DNA from: Trichosphaerium sp. ATCC 40318
Lineage: Eukaryota > Protista > Tubulinea
Length of the DNA: 64,000 bases
Assembly (NCBI GenBank): GCA_038496445.1
Contig: JALMLS010000232.1
Coordinates: 208,663-272,662, forward strand
Reading direction: 5' to 3'
Under the pieces are notes generated by a model. It worked only from the letters and a program-made list of their open reading frames with translations. It made no database searches and was not told where the DNA came from. This document shows positions 27,418 through 39,900 of the stretch, piece after piece. The position numbers were made by a program, and so were the translations under genes. Every line of letters starts with the position of its first letter. Position 1 is the first letter of the stretch.

Positions 27418-28333
27418 TTTTGTGCGTGTTCAGCCTGTGTCCGGACTATTTTCCGATTTTGCGAAATCAGACGATCCGTTTTTTGGTACTCAAACGCTTA
27501 CGTAACTTTACGTAAGTTAGAACGAAAACACAAACAATTGTGTATGGTGATAACCAGGTATTTTTATAGTAAAGTACTTCTTTACCTTGTTGGACAAGTC
27601 CAATTCGCCAAATTTGCTAAACAACTTCCTTTTATACTTTCCACATCTATAGTTGTTAAAAGCTTATGGAGTTATCGTCTTTTCGCAACCATAGATTTGG
27701 AGGAGAATCTGAGTCAGCATCGCTTTTGAGAACTACCAAAAAACTGATTTCGAAAAATATTGCTTTGACTGCCGGAACTTTTCCTCGGCACAAGATCAAC
27801 GAATCACAAAATGGTTGTCACTACTATAATTATAGCATACTGGGTACATACTAATTATAGCAATTGAAGCGTAAGATGGTTATGAGGTGAGTAAAAACGT
27901 CTCAAAGATTTTCGAATCGAATAAAAAAAAAACCAAAACGTTCGTAAAAAAGTGATGCTGAAACTCTCATGGCGGCCTTTACACCCTGTTCAAGTAGAGA
28001 ACCAGAGATGCTAACCCATATTATGCGACTAGCACCCAATAACCTAGGGACTATTGTCTCCATTCTTGCGAAAGACCGACAGACTCGTTTTCAAGGAGAG
28101 TCTGAGCCAAAAGCTCACTCTAAAATAAGCTTTATATAATTCACGCTCTTACATATCGCAGTATGTGATCCGTGGGTTGCACTAGCTTTCGCGGATGTTA
28201 TTTCTTCGATATGCTTTCTTTGGAGGCCTTTTGTACAACATTTTTTGGTTCAGAAAACAGTTTAGTCAATCGTGGCTCTCATCAATTTCGCGAAAGTAGT
28301 GACAAAAAAAACTGGAAGATAGTTTTCTTTTTA

Positions 28334-31300
28334 TTAATAAAGTATGCATTGTACCATTCTATTGGCAAAAGACAAGCTTATTATTTGACTCAGATCTCCT
28401 TCAATTTCGCGACTTTTCCTTACATACTTTAACTTATGTTTTAGTATCTTTATAACATCAGCAAAAGCAGTTTGTTTCTTTTGAAGAACACGAATAAAAG
28501 CATGAAGTGATAGCCTGTAAAAAAACAAGTCAGAAAAAAAAATCACTTTATCTAAAAAACTCTACAACTACCTTGCTTTTAAGCTTGGTATAGTATGTAA
28601 TAGTATTGCATATATTAAATAATAAGAAAATGGCGGTATGATCAATTGTACGTAAAGTACATTCCGAGAAAAACACCTTGGAAAAAAATATTTTGGATGT
28701 TTTACATAAAAAAATAACATAGTGTACCAAACTATCTCGTTTTCAGTTACTTCAAAACAACATCCTGCCTTTACAGCAGATCCACATCTTGTTATTGCTG
28801 GTATAAGCTTTTGAATCTTATACACAATATTCGTAATTATTTCTAAGACAAAAGTTATTCCCTCAACACGCTGTGCTCACAAAGGAGAAAAAATCAAGAA
28901 AACAAAGTCGTTTCGTACCTGCTATCTTAACAACACACTCTGGTACTTTAATAGGCAACTGCCCTATATAAGCATTTATCTTAATAGCCGCAAGAAGAAT
29001 TGAACTATCTAAATTTGTAGTTAAGGAAAGGGGTTCAAAACATCGCTTTTAGTTCAGAGTATAAAAGGATACAAATATTCATGTAAACTGTTCTCTTTGT
29101 GTTGATGTTACTGTCGAAAATAATAGGATTAAGCTTCTGCTCTACAAACGCATAACCGCGTTTAAGAAGAGAAGACAGACAGTTTGATGTATGATTTACT
29201 GTAAGTGCATCACTGATATCTCCAAACAAATTAAGGATAAAACACAAAAAATAAGAAAATTCTTGTTACAAAAGAAAAGGTTGTAGGAGGATACAGTTAC
29301 ACATTAAAGGCCTGAAAGAACGCATAACTTCAAGTGTCTCAACGTTAAAGTTATATCCATACCATGGAAGATACGTATTACCATCTAAAGTAATAAGCTC
29401 GGCAATTCAAAAACAAGAATGGTGTAAAAGAATAAAAAAACCAAATACCTAAAGGCTCATCAGGCAGTTGGAAAGGAATACCGCTCATAGACGAATCAGA
29501 AAAACTGGTATAAGTTTTTCCAGTATTAATGTTCATGTTGTAATCTTCGAATCCTTTACTGATACGTGTCACAAATGAGATTGCTTCTTGTTTATCTGTT
29601 GAAACAAAAAAGAAATCATCAACATATCGCATCAAAAGTGACGTCTCTATTGAAGGTGTGTAACTGTTAGTTACTCGAGATGAACCTTACTTAATGTACG
29701 TACTGGAATTCATGAACATATTCAAATGTTCGTTTTCCATATGTCCATAATACAGAGCACATAATAAAGTAGATACTACAGAGCCTTTTTTATGTGTCAA
29801 AATACAAAAAAAAAAAAAAATGACACTGAAGGGTACCTTGAGCAATTCCAATTTCTCGTTTGTACCAATTTTTACCCGCCTAGTGAACGTGTTAGAATAT
29901 GAGTATTAAAGCGCTCATCAGAGTAAGAACAGATGATATTTCTTCCGGAAAACCCTCAAAAACACAACGCACCTTAACTACGCCATCAAGTAGATGAGCA
30001 CGCAACTGACTTAGTAAAGTAGCCTTCTTGACATCATAGTATTTCTCTGGCTATAAATATATTAATGTAAAGAGAGGAAGAATATAAAACCCGAAGCTTA
30101 CCTTATCAAGAAAGACAATGTTTCGTGACCTACTTGCTACTTCTTTTGCAAAAGAGCAAAACTTGTAATAGCCTCCGTTTTGTATACTAGCTTTATAACG
30201 TGTATGAATGCGATCCCCACGTAATCTGCGCTCCTCATATGGTCTATAGAGCAACGTCTCCATTTTCTAAAAAATCTCGTTAACAGTTGTAAAGAATGGT
30301 GTTTTAAAACCGAGAAAAAAATAAGAAAAAAGTTTAAGGCTTACGACATAGTTGTCAAAGAGGTACTTGACAAACCCGAATATTTTCTCTTTTATAATAG
30401 TATCATAAGCCTTTTTAATATCTGCAATGACAAAATACAACTTTGGCATCTTCCCTTGAGTACAGCTAGACTTTATACGTTTAACATAATCCGAGTATTT
30501 ATGGTAAATCTCATTTGGAGAAAAAACCGAAGCACCAAAGTATTGACGGCAAGGTCCTTCCTAGTAGTAGTTTAATAATAGGTATCGAGTTTTAAAATAT
30601 ATAGTTGTGGGTATTAGTAATTTGTGTTAGCAATCAAAGAGCTAGAGCTACTAAAACGTATTCGTTTAAGCAAAAAAGAAAGTGAAAATAAAAAAAGTGG
30701 CAAAAAATATGTTCATTGTGCATACCTTTAGTTGTGTTAGGAGTCTGAAAGCAGTAGATAATATTTGATTCGTAGAACGGGGCCTTTATATGTGATCATT
30801 AGAACAACGGAAAAAGGGTTGAGATAGAGATGTCGTACCTATTTCCCTGAAATGAACGCATTAATTTTAGAGAGTTTTGTTTACCCAAGTTATTCAAAGG
30901 ACGCAACCCTTTTGCTTTCGGCAAGAAGCGCATTAGAGCGTATCCAAGTCCGGTTTTCTTCAAAATACTCTTGGCTTTCGTCTAGGTGAAACGTCATCAT
31001 CAAACTCTGAAAACTACTGAACGAAGACAGCCGCAAAGTCAAATTCTTGCCAAAAAACAAAAGAAGAAAAAACGATTCAACACAAGAAATAACGTACTTC
31101 ACTTACACGTGAGAGCATCCCCCGGTTCACTAACTCTAACATAACGTGTTACAAAAGATTAAAGTAATAATAAGAAATAAACAAAGGTACAAAAACATGT
31201 GAAAAGGCATACCATCCATTTGAATACTAAATAATTTTCCCCAACAACCTTTGACATAGTAAAAAAGTCTGTTCTTATGTGGAGCAGTATTCGTTATATA

Positions 31301-34300
31301 AAAAGCATTACCCTAGAGAAAAATATGAGCGTTGGAAAATAGCGGAATTTCAAGAGAAAATTGCTTTCGCTTTTTTTGAAGAAAAATTCACGAGAATCAC
31401 ATACCAACACTTCACAAATAAACTCATTAAAAAACCATTCCAATAGACGTAGCATAAAATTACGTTTTTTATATAATCCTGAAGGTGGGTCATGGCCTTT
31501 AGCTTTCATCCACTCACAATCATTAAGCTATAAAAAAAAGAAAAAGATATCAGCAACAACTAAAAGCAATGACCAAACAAAAGTACCTTCATGTTATTCA
31601 ATAACGACTTTGTGCCTACTGTTTCATAAATCCGTAGTTTTACAAACTCTATAATATCTGTTTTCTGGTTAAAGGAGAATATTTAGGTATCTTCCAAGTG
31701 AAAAAAAATAAGTACTTAGGGATACTTTTGTGAACTGTCTCACGGTTACTTGATGAACCCCATAAAGCCGAAGGTATTATAAAATCAGTAATACATCTAA
31801 CATAGTTTGAAACGCTATGGTATGATTCAAACCGACAAAGCAAGCGTTGAACAGGTGATAAATCATCACTCCCTAAAACAACTTTTTGGCTTTTTTCTCC
31901 ATTTGTCTGACTATCGTTTCCTTGTGAGTTCATATCCAACTTCCGTGGTTTCAACGGTTCTACAGGTACTGCAGGAATACTCTGAGACTAGGAAAATACA
32001 TGTCAAAACGGCAAAAGCAGCAAAATCTAATCAACTCACTTGTACAGTTTGTGAGTTTTCCAAAAGTACATCACAATTCCAATTATAGTTTGAAGGCTTT
32101 TTTCTTCTAAAAGGAGAACCTATAAGTGTTGGTGATGACAAGTTACAAAAGTATTCAAGGCTGTACGGAAAGGCTGAGAACTATCACTACTATGAGAGTT
32201 GGTAATCTTCATAGGGGATTGTGTGTAAGGTAGTGGGCTGAGTGGAGGCGAAGGCAAGTTTTCGTTGGTATCTTTGGGTGTTGATATTTTTTGTTCGCTT
32301 GCAGATGGTGAAGGTTCTTTGTGATTGCTGTTGGGTGTCAATCCTTTCTGTGTATTCAGTAGACACGGTGGGGAATAGGATTTATGGCCACTACTACCTG
32401 ATGCCAATCGTTCCTGACACCTGAGTTGCTTTGGCGATAAAAGTAGCAATGAGTTCGCATCTTTAAAAGAACTACTCTACAAAACATAAAGTCAGCTCAT
32501 TTCATTTTTGCGTTTTAATACCTTAGAACCACTTGAAGTCATCTTATCTTGCGTTCCTTTAGACCCACTTGCAGTGCCATGAGATATACTTTGAGACTAA
32601 ACTTATTTAATAATATACTTATGAAGCGGTTGCATAACTGTACCTTCATGTCAGGTTCTGGAAATTGTGCTTTACAGTGTTTGTTCAATAATTTGCGCCA
32701 AGGGCACTTTTTAATGTTACGAATAACCTTGTTTAGGATAGGTATAACATTCATAAGTCGCTTGGGCATGTATTTTTCTAAATATGAGTTAAAGGTAAAC
32801 TAGGTACATGTCAAAAAAAAAAAGTACCAAATTTAAATATTCGTTTTGCAAATGCCAAGGCACCTTCTTCAGTACAAGGTACAGTAGACAAAAAATCTAC
32901 AAATCAAGTTAAACACTAGATAAATTATGGTATCTAACGTGCGTTCAGGAGAGAAGAATAAGTCACCTGACATGCGATATAGAATCTTTCTGCGAGTAAT
33001 ATCTGTAAACACTGGTTTTTTAGGGTTTGTATTTTTCTTTTTAGAGGGTTTCTTGGTAAACATTGGAGCCTTGGATCCAACTAATGGTGCTGTATTAGAC
33101 CTCACCAGAGGAGGAGCTCTTATTAGAGTGTTCTTTGTGTTTGATTGTGTCTGTGGGTTGAGACGAGGCCGTTTTAGAGAAGGTCCTTCTGCGCTTACTG
33201 AACGGCCATACAAAATAACTCGTTTGCGCTTCTTACCACGGAGCTACACAAGACTATCAGTGGCAACACTATCAAAGACATTATGTGTGACGTACTCCAA
33301 TACGTTTTCGTAATATTGTAGAACCAATGGCCCTTGGTTTGAGAGTTCTGGTTTTGATAGGGACAACAGTATCTTCAACTTGTTTTTCGGCACATCTTAA
33401 TTTTTTTGCTTTTCTTCTTTTCCAAGAAGAAGGACGAACTTTACGCTTGCGAGTCTTACTAGCCTCGTTTGCTGATACATTGCTGTTGTCACTAACCTCT
33501 TTAGAACCGTTGCAGGCACTCTTATGCTTTGCAATAAAAGCTTTACGGCTGCATAGCAACAGCTTTCTTCTTATAGCACGATAACTACGTCTTATTTTTC
33601 GGGCATTATTTTTTTGTCCTTTAGATGGTTCAGGTTTAACTACCTTTAGATACTCTAAATTACGCCCACTTGCTATAAAACTTGTTATTAAAAACACCAA
33701 TATACAATTAAAAAAACACGTGCCTTGGACATAGCATTTATTGCCTAAACATGGAAACACCCAAAAATACTTGAATAAGTATGTCATCAGATCATCTCCT
33801 ATCATCTTCAATAACGAATCCCAAGCTTTGTTAAAGCTATTAATACACTACATAATACTTCTCTAGTTCGTACTTGCACTGCCTACTTCGTTTCCAACAG
33901 AGTTTGGGAATGAGATGCGGAGCTGGGATGTTTGCTTTTCTTATCTTAGTCTTTATGGCTAGTACGCTACACGTACTGGTATCCAACGAAAGCCTTTAGA
34001 CAGGGCGTGGTCAGATTTATCTTGACATAGTTCCATTCTTAATCTCTTGATTACCTGTCGTTGAGAAGAAAATTCGCCTATTGGCGGTGGTCTCGGTGAT
34101 TTTTTAGGCTTGCCAACCTTACAATGTGTAAAACCGTTGTATTATTAAACCTTGCATACCAAAGTGGTGTCGACGAGCTGTAGTACGTCATGGGAACAAC
34201 GGTGAAAGAAAAGCGAGTTAGAACAGGTCTACACATCGTTTAGTGCTATAAAGCGTATTGACGTTCATCTACAACCTTCAAGAACGCTCTTAGCGTAAGT

Positions 34301-34416
34301 AAATACCCTCTTGGAAATAAAAGAGACAGCGTTGAGTGTTTGACAAAATTACTACCTTTCAAGTTTATTAGAACACCTTTGCAAATACATAGTACAACAA
34401 ACTCCTTACCACGCAT
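28334..34416 (-). CDS. TERT: Telomerase reverse transcriptase, full length (TEN, TRBD, RT, CTE)
   Basis: TEN: WDSLLKMIGDDLMTYLF and CYVQASG. CP: KKCPWRKLLNKHC. QFP: IIPSALWGS. T: FYITNTAPHKNRLFYY. Motifs 1/2: MRFLPKAKGLRP. A: YFVIADIKKAYDTI. B': GIAQGSVVSTLLC. C: LMRYVDDFFFVS. E: LPWYG. CTE: LNPIIFDSNIN. Confidence 0.95.
29009..29072 (-). other. U12-type (minor) GT-AG intron in TERT CTE
   Basis: Donor GTATCCTTT; branch site TTCCTTAAC about 10 nt before the AG; splicing restores VYMNIY-SSILLAA. Confidence 0.9.
29220..29294 (-). other. U12-type GT-AG intron in TERT after motif E
   Basis: Donor GTATCCTC; branch ATCCTTAAT; GAG acceptor; splicing restores MCNY-ISDALTVN. Confidence 0.8.
31658..31725 (-). 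other. U12-type GT-AG intron in TERT QFP motif
   Basis: Donor GTATCCCT; branch CTCCTTTAAC followed by a purine-rich spacer with no pyrimidine tract; splicing restores VHKN-IIEFVKLRIYE. Confidence 0.75.
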
Positions 34417-34433
34417 TTGTTTTTGAATCTACC

Positions 34434-34459
34434 CGCGGAAATTATGTGTAGGCGCGAAA
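34434..34459 (-). promoter_or_regulatory. Two E2F-like sites immediately upstream of the TERT ATG
   Basis: The minus strand reads TTTCGCGCC (34459-34451) and TTTCCGCG (34441-34434), 18-43 bp from the start codon. Confidence 0.35.
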
Positions 34460-34703
34460 TAACCTAACTACTGACATAAATCCCTTTCGCATTGACACCA
34501 AAGTGTCAAATGACTGTCGACAGATGGCTTATTGACAAACCAAGCTAAGGCATGAGCCAAACAAAAACTAAGTCTAGTAGATACAAAAAACAGCTTAGAC
34601 ACAACCATACACGCCCCAACAAACAATTACATGTGCTCTTCACTTTGAGCACCCTACAAAGCGACGTGGCAATATTTAAAAATATTGCGTTTAAAAAAGA
34701 CCC

Positions 34704-36290
34704 TTATTGGTCTAATCGGCCTGGGTCGCTACTTTCAGGCATATTTGTAGCAGGTCCGCCATGTACTGGACCATTTATCATCGGACCTGTATTAGCACTT
34801 GTACCGGCTACAGTAACGTTAGAGGCCAAACAAAAAAAAAACTTGTGAAATTGTGAAAAAAAAACGTGTAGAATTCCTGACTTGATTTTGTGATTTTAAA
34901 CGCAGCGTTCACGTACTCCCAGGTTGCATCATTACACCAGGTGCCATCTGCGGTTGGTACCCAAACGCATAAGGTTGTTCGTACTGAGGAGGCGGAGGAT
35001 AAGGATAAGCAGGATAAGGGTATGGTACATAATACCCATAAGGTGGCCATGCCATTGCACCAGGAGGTGGCGCCCATCTAATTTCTAACATTAGCCAAAG
35101 ACATAATTTGTTGTAAACAACTAAATTTCTGCGCATACCCTGCTTGTGCTGCATAAGGATCAACTGTACCATAAGGCCAATTATAAGGACCAGCAGCTGA
35201 TACTGCTTGTTGATGCATACGTAGAGCCTTACGGGCTTCTTTTTGTTCTTGTGTATCTGCGTATTTGACTAAAGACAAAAAGCCTGTGACTTAAAAACTT
35301 CTAAAAATCTAAGCACTGTACCAGTTAAAGGTGGTGCGCTTTCAATAATTTTATAGCCATTCATAGTCTCCAATGCGCGTCTCGAACACTCTAAGCTCTC
35401 AAAACGAACAAAGCCTATTTGTCGGCTTTTACCAGTATTTCGGTCTATCATTACTTTACAATCTTCAATTACACCAAAATTACCAAATAACTGGCGTAAT
35501 TGCTCTGTAGGAGAGTAATATTAGTCTCTCTTTGGTACATTGACAAAAAAAAAAAATTCGGTGTTGTAGTTACCTTCTGTTGTGGTTGGTAGTAACGGTT
35601 TAACGTAGAGGTTAGTCGATTCAGCTTGAGACTGTAGAATTGGAATATGAGCTAGGAGAGAAGGAGAGTAGCTTGATGAAGACGGGGATTGATTGGCTAG
35701 CTTGCACAATAACCGTTTGTGCGAAATACGCATGCCATTCATGGCATTTATGGCAGCTTGAGATTCGTCTGCTTTTTGATAACGAACAAACCTAAAACCT
35801 TATCAGAAGCTATACTTTTACGTGATGATGAAAACCACACAATAAGAATTTGAAGAATTACAAATTGATGCTAAATTACTATTTTGTGTTGCATCAAGTC
35901 GTTGCGTGCTAGAACCGTGCACGAGATACGTGTTTAGCATGTTTTCTGGGGTTTTTGCTGATTTAACGGATACTTTGAGCGTTGATCAACAGCAATCAAA
36001 TGAAGAAAAAGCGCTTTTAGCGCGTTTATGAGGCTGTTGGTTAAATTTTGACGTGTTTTAAATGGAGCGTACCCGTATCCTAAGCTTTTTCCAGTCGCTT
36101 GGTCTACCATGATTTTAGACGACACTACCTCACCAAATGGTGAGAATAGAGCGTAAAATTCTTGTTCGGTGAGCTCCGCTGGCAAGTATTTTACAAATAC
36201 GTTGCAGTCGTCCAGACCAGCTGGCACCTTTTCGTTGGGGTCTTGTCCGGTAGAGTTTGCCATAATTGGTCTATTGCTGCTCTCTGACAT
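34704..36290 (-). CDS. Two-RRM RNA-binding protein with Pro/Tyr-rich tail (RBMS/ELAV-like)
   Basis: NVFVKYLP, KSLGYGFVRY, NLYVKPL, KSRQIGFVRF, VKYAD, and a YPYPAYPYPPPP low-complexity tail. Confidence 0.85.
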
Positions 36291-36944
36291 AGCTACAGAA
36301 TAGTATTATAGTATAGTATAGTATATACACAATAGTGGGCTGCGCTGTTGGCGAAAATACAATTTGGTAAGTGCATTTACTTCACTGCTTAACTGAGCGA
36401 CTTCGTTTGTTTACGCCCAAACACGCACTAACCGTATTATTTAACAATACCAACGCTATTTTACTTTTGGTTCTAATTTCTAATGTCCTTGTTTGGCTCT
36501 AGCGTTAGCTCCACGCCCATAAACCCTAACCATTGTTATAAAAACGTTGAATTGGTGTCAAAACGTCACAATTTGGCGTAAACAACAAAAAACGATTTTG
36601 ACAACTTGTTTCCTTTGATGGCCCCAGAACTCCGACAAATATAGGCGTATGGAAACAAGCGACCTCACAAGTATTATTGCTGGTATTGTGTTCGGTTTAA
36701 TTGAACATCAAAGTTCATGCGGATTTCGAACGTGTACCACTTACTCCACGTCATCAATACTCCTAAATTAGTGTAAAAACATATACAGCGCATTCTCACG
36801 AGACACGAGAACATGGTGTGCACTGTGGGTTGCATTTTCACTTAATCTCAGGTTTGTTGGCCACTATCGGAAAATAATGACGGTTCACCTGCTGAACATT
36901 ATTTAAACAACACAAAGAAAGCAACAGCGGACCATAAAGTAAAA

Positions 36945-39900
36945 ATGGCAGAAGCACGTAAACTAAAGACAGCGAAAAGTGGCATTGCATCTCAACTCAA
37001 GTTGCTTGGTAACTATGCTAAGCAAGGGAATACAAGAAGGATAGAAGCAGTAGTAAATACAATAAATAGGAAGCTAGATTCAATTCCATCGTTTTTGTCA
37101 ACTCCAGAGGTACTCCTACGCACTAGAAAGGTTATTAAAACGGTTTTAGGGTAAGCAGTTCAAAGCAGACGTTGAAGCTCAAATAAACGCTGCACAGGCA
37201 AGCGCTGGCGGTGCACAAGATAAAAAAAAGCACGACGCAGCTATTAAGACTATTACTGCTCAGGTACCTGACTCTTGTTGTTTTCTATTTTTGACACTGT
37301 TTCAGCTCCGTCTTTTGGCGTCTTGTATCAAGCAAAAAAATGAAAATCGCATTAAACAGCAAAAAGCCAAGATAAAAAAGATACTCACACCAGAAACTAT
37401 GACATTACTGCAAGGCTCAGACGCTGGAAAGAAGTTATTGGCTGATGTTGAAGAAGCAGGAGCTCTTACTGAAGGTACAATGTTTCTTGAGTCAAAAACT
37501 TTTCGTACTTATACGGTAAAGGCGAGGCTGCTGCAGCTGTGTCAACCTCAACTTCTACTTTAAGACATATTCCTACATCTGTAGCTACACCCTCAATAGC
37601 TTCAGAACCTGCTACTGTGAAGGTAGTAACAGGAACTGTACGGATCAATCTTTTTTCTTTGATTCATCTGTGTTTATTGTTTTTCTTGTATTTAGGGAGC
37701 ACTACCTACGTTTGAACCTGCTCCCGGCATATCAAAGAAAGTTAGTTTTGGGATAACTAAAGTGAATAAAGCGTTTGAAAATTGTAACGGCATTTTCCAG
37801 AAAGTACGTACCAAGTCTCCTACCAGACGAGACTGGCGAAAAATCACTAACTTTTTTTTCAAGATGGAAGGACTTGTTAGTGACAATGTTGATCTACATG
37901 GAAAAACAAGAACGAAGTGTATTTGGGCACAACAAGCGCTTGGTGATAACTTATCCAGGCTTCAAGCAAAGAAAACATCTGCAGAAGGTACAATGCTTTC
38001 CTGAATCAAATTTGCTTACTGTTTTTCTTTTCTTACACCCTGTCTGATAGGCGCTGTTGATAAGCTTGCTGCTCTTGATGCATCTAACGGAGTTATTGCG
38101 CCTGCAAGAGAAGCTCTTTCGACTCTCATTGAAAGAGCTACTGAGATAAAAGATACAGGAAAGCCTAAGTTGAAATACACTGAAATCGTATGCAAAGCAA
38201 GACAAAACTACAAAGTCGCTATGGATCCACTTCAATTGTTCCAAGGACGATATCCCGAGTAAGTAAGGTGGGTTTTTGGTTTGTTACTAACACGTGATTT
38301 AGGGAATTCAGCCAACTTACAGAGATCTTAAAAAACCTGGATAAAGTCATTGAATTGGCCAATACAACATCATCACTTCTAGATAATGATGAAGGTTCCG
38401 AGAGTCTCAAAAATGAGGTTCAGAAATCGAAAGATGAGGTTCGTTTTTGTAGCCCTTATTATTGTATCACGTGATGTTTATTATTTTTAGATATGTGCTC
38501 TGTATAAAGAGAAAAGTGTACCTCTTTTTGAACAATATACTAAAGTTGATGACACAATACATGCCAACATGTACGTTGAACAAACAATCAAAGAAAAAAA
38601 TTTGAACTAATTTTCTTTTGATTTTAGGGTCACAGAAAATCTTCGTAGTAACTTTCCTGAATGCAATGAACTCAAAGTTATGGTTGAAATATCCGAGAGA
38701 ATTCGAAAAGAAAAGGAGGCTGAGATTGAAAGGAAACGTCAAGAGAAATTAGCCAAAGAACGAGAAATTGCAAGACAGAAAGAAGCTGTACTTCAAGGAT
38801 TCAGAGATAAATATAGCGCACCGTACACTGGAGGAAACGCTATCTCTTCATCTGAAAACTGGTCTTATACACCAGAAGAAAAGGGAGGATACCTGTTGAG
38901 TATGTGAAGCGAAAGAATTTTGCAGACATGCTGACTTTAGTTGCAGATACACAATACGGTAAAGAACGATACTATTGGTTTGCTGAGAAGTTTGGATTTC
39001 ATTTGAAGCACATGAACCCAGATGGTACTTCCAGTGCAGATTTCGGTTATGTCTATGTTAAGTCTAACGATGACGGTGTTACGTACTTTACATTCCAAGC
39101 AAGAGCAATAGGTAAGAAGCTTAAAAAATGGAGTAACTGTTTTTTCTCAAAAACTTATAAAATGTTTAGATTGCACGTACACCTACGATACATACAAGAC
39201 ATCAGACCAAGTAACATTCAGTCACGCTTATAATAAAGTCGTTTGGAAGCTCGAAAATGGCGAACTTAAGGTCATAAAAGGGTCAGACAATGAGGTTAGG
39301 AACAACTTGTCCGATTTCTATTTTCTCACTTTTTGTTAGATTAAGGCATATGATAATTCATTACTTAGAGTTGATCCTGGTTTCCCACCGCTCTTGGTAT
39401 GGAGCCTTTTGTCTAGTGTATAGTGTATGTCTTACTGACCTTGTTTTTAGGCTCTTTTTGTAGCTATTTGCAGACACCCTCTTGCCAATATTCCAAAATG
39501 GAGAAAAGAACGTGGTGCAGAATATATGAAGCCAGAAAATGTTCTAGCAAGAGCCAAAGCTGAGAAAGAAAAAGCAGAAGAAAGAATGGCACGAAACAAA
39601 GCAAAAAATGCATCAAGCTCAAGTAGTGGTTCGGCAATGGCTGGATACTATGGTATCCATTGTGGATGTGGATTCGGAAGTGCAAAGTCAAGATGTGCTT
39701 CTTGTAAAGGTGATATTGGTTCAAACACAACTCCTTCTGTAAGATGTTATAATTGTCGTTTTGGAAGTGCAAAGAATAACTGTGTTGGTTGTGGGAGAGA
39801 TCATGGTTCACAAAAGGTACAATTTGTCACGTGATTAAAAAAATATTCGGAGGTTATTTTTGCTTACTTACGTTTTTATAAGGTTGTTGCAATGGTATGC

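Noticed and set aside
28152-28213. Long hairpin as a SECIS element
   Set aside because: The GA quartet is incompatible with the Watson-Crick helix, there is no apical AA, and there is no convincing upstream Sec ORF.
28334-34416. RT motifs as a retroelement or a prokaryotic RT system
   Set aside because: TEN, CP, QFP, T and CTE motifs plus many introns identify a cellular TERT; no endonuclease, LTR or TSD is seen.
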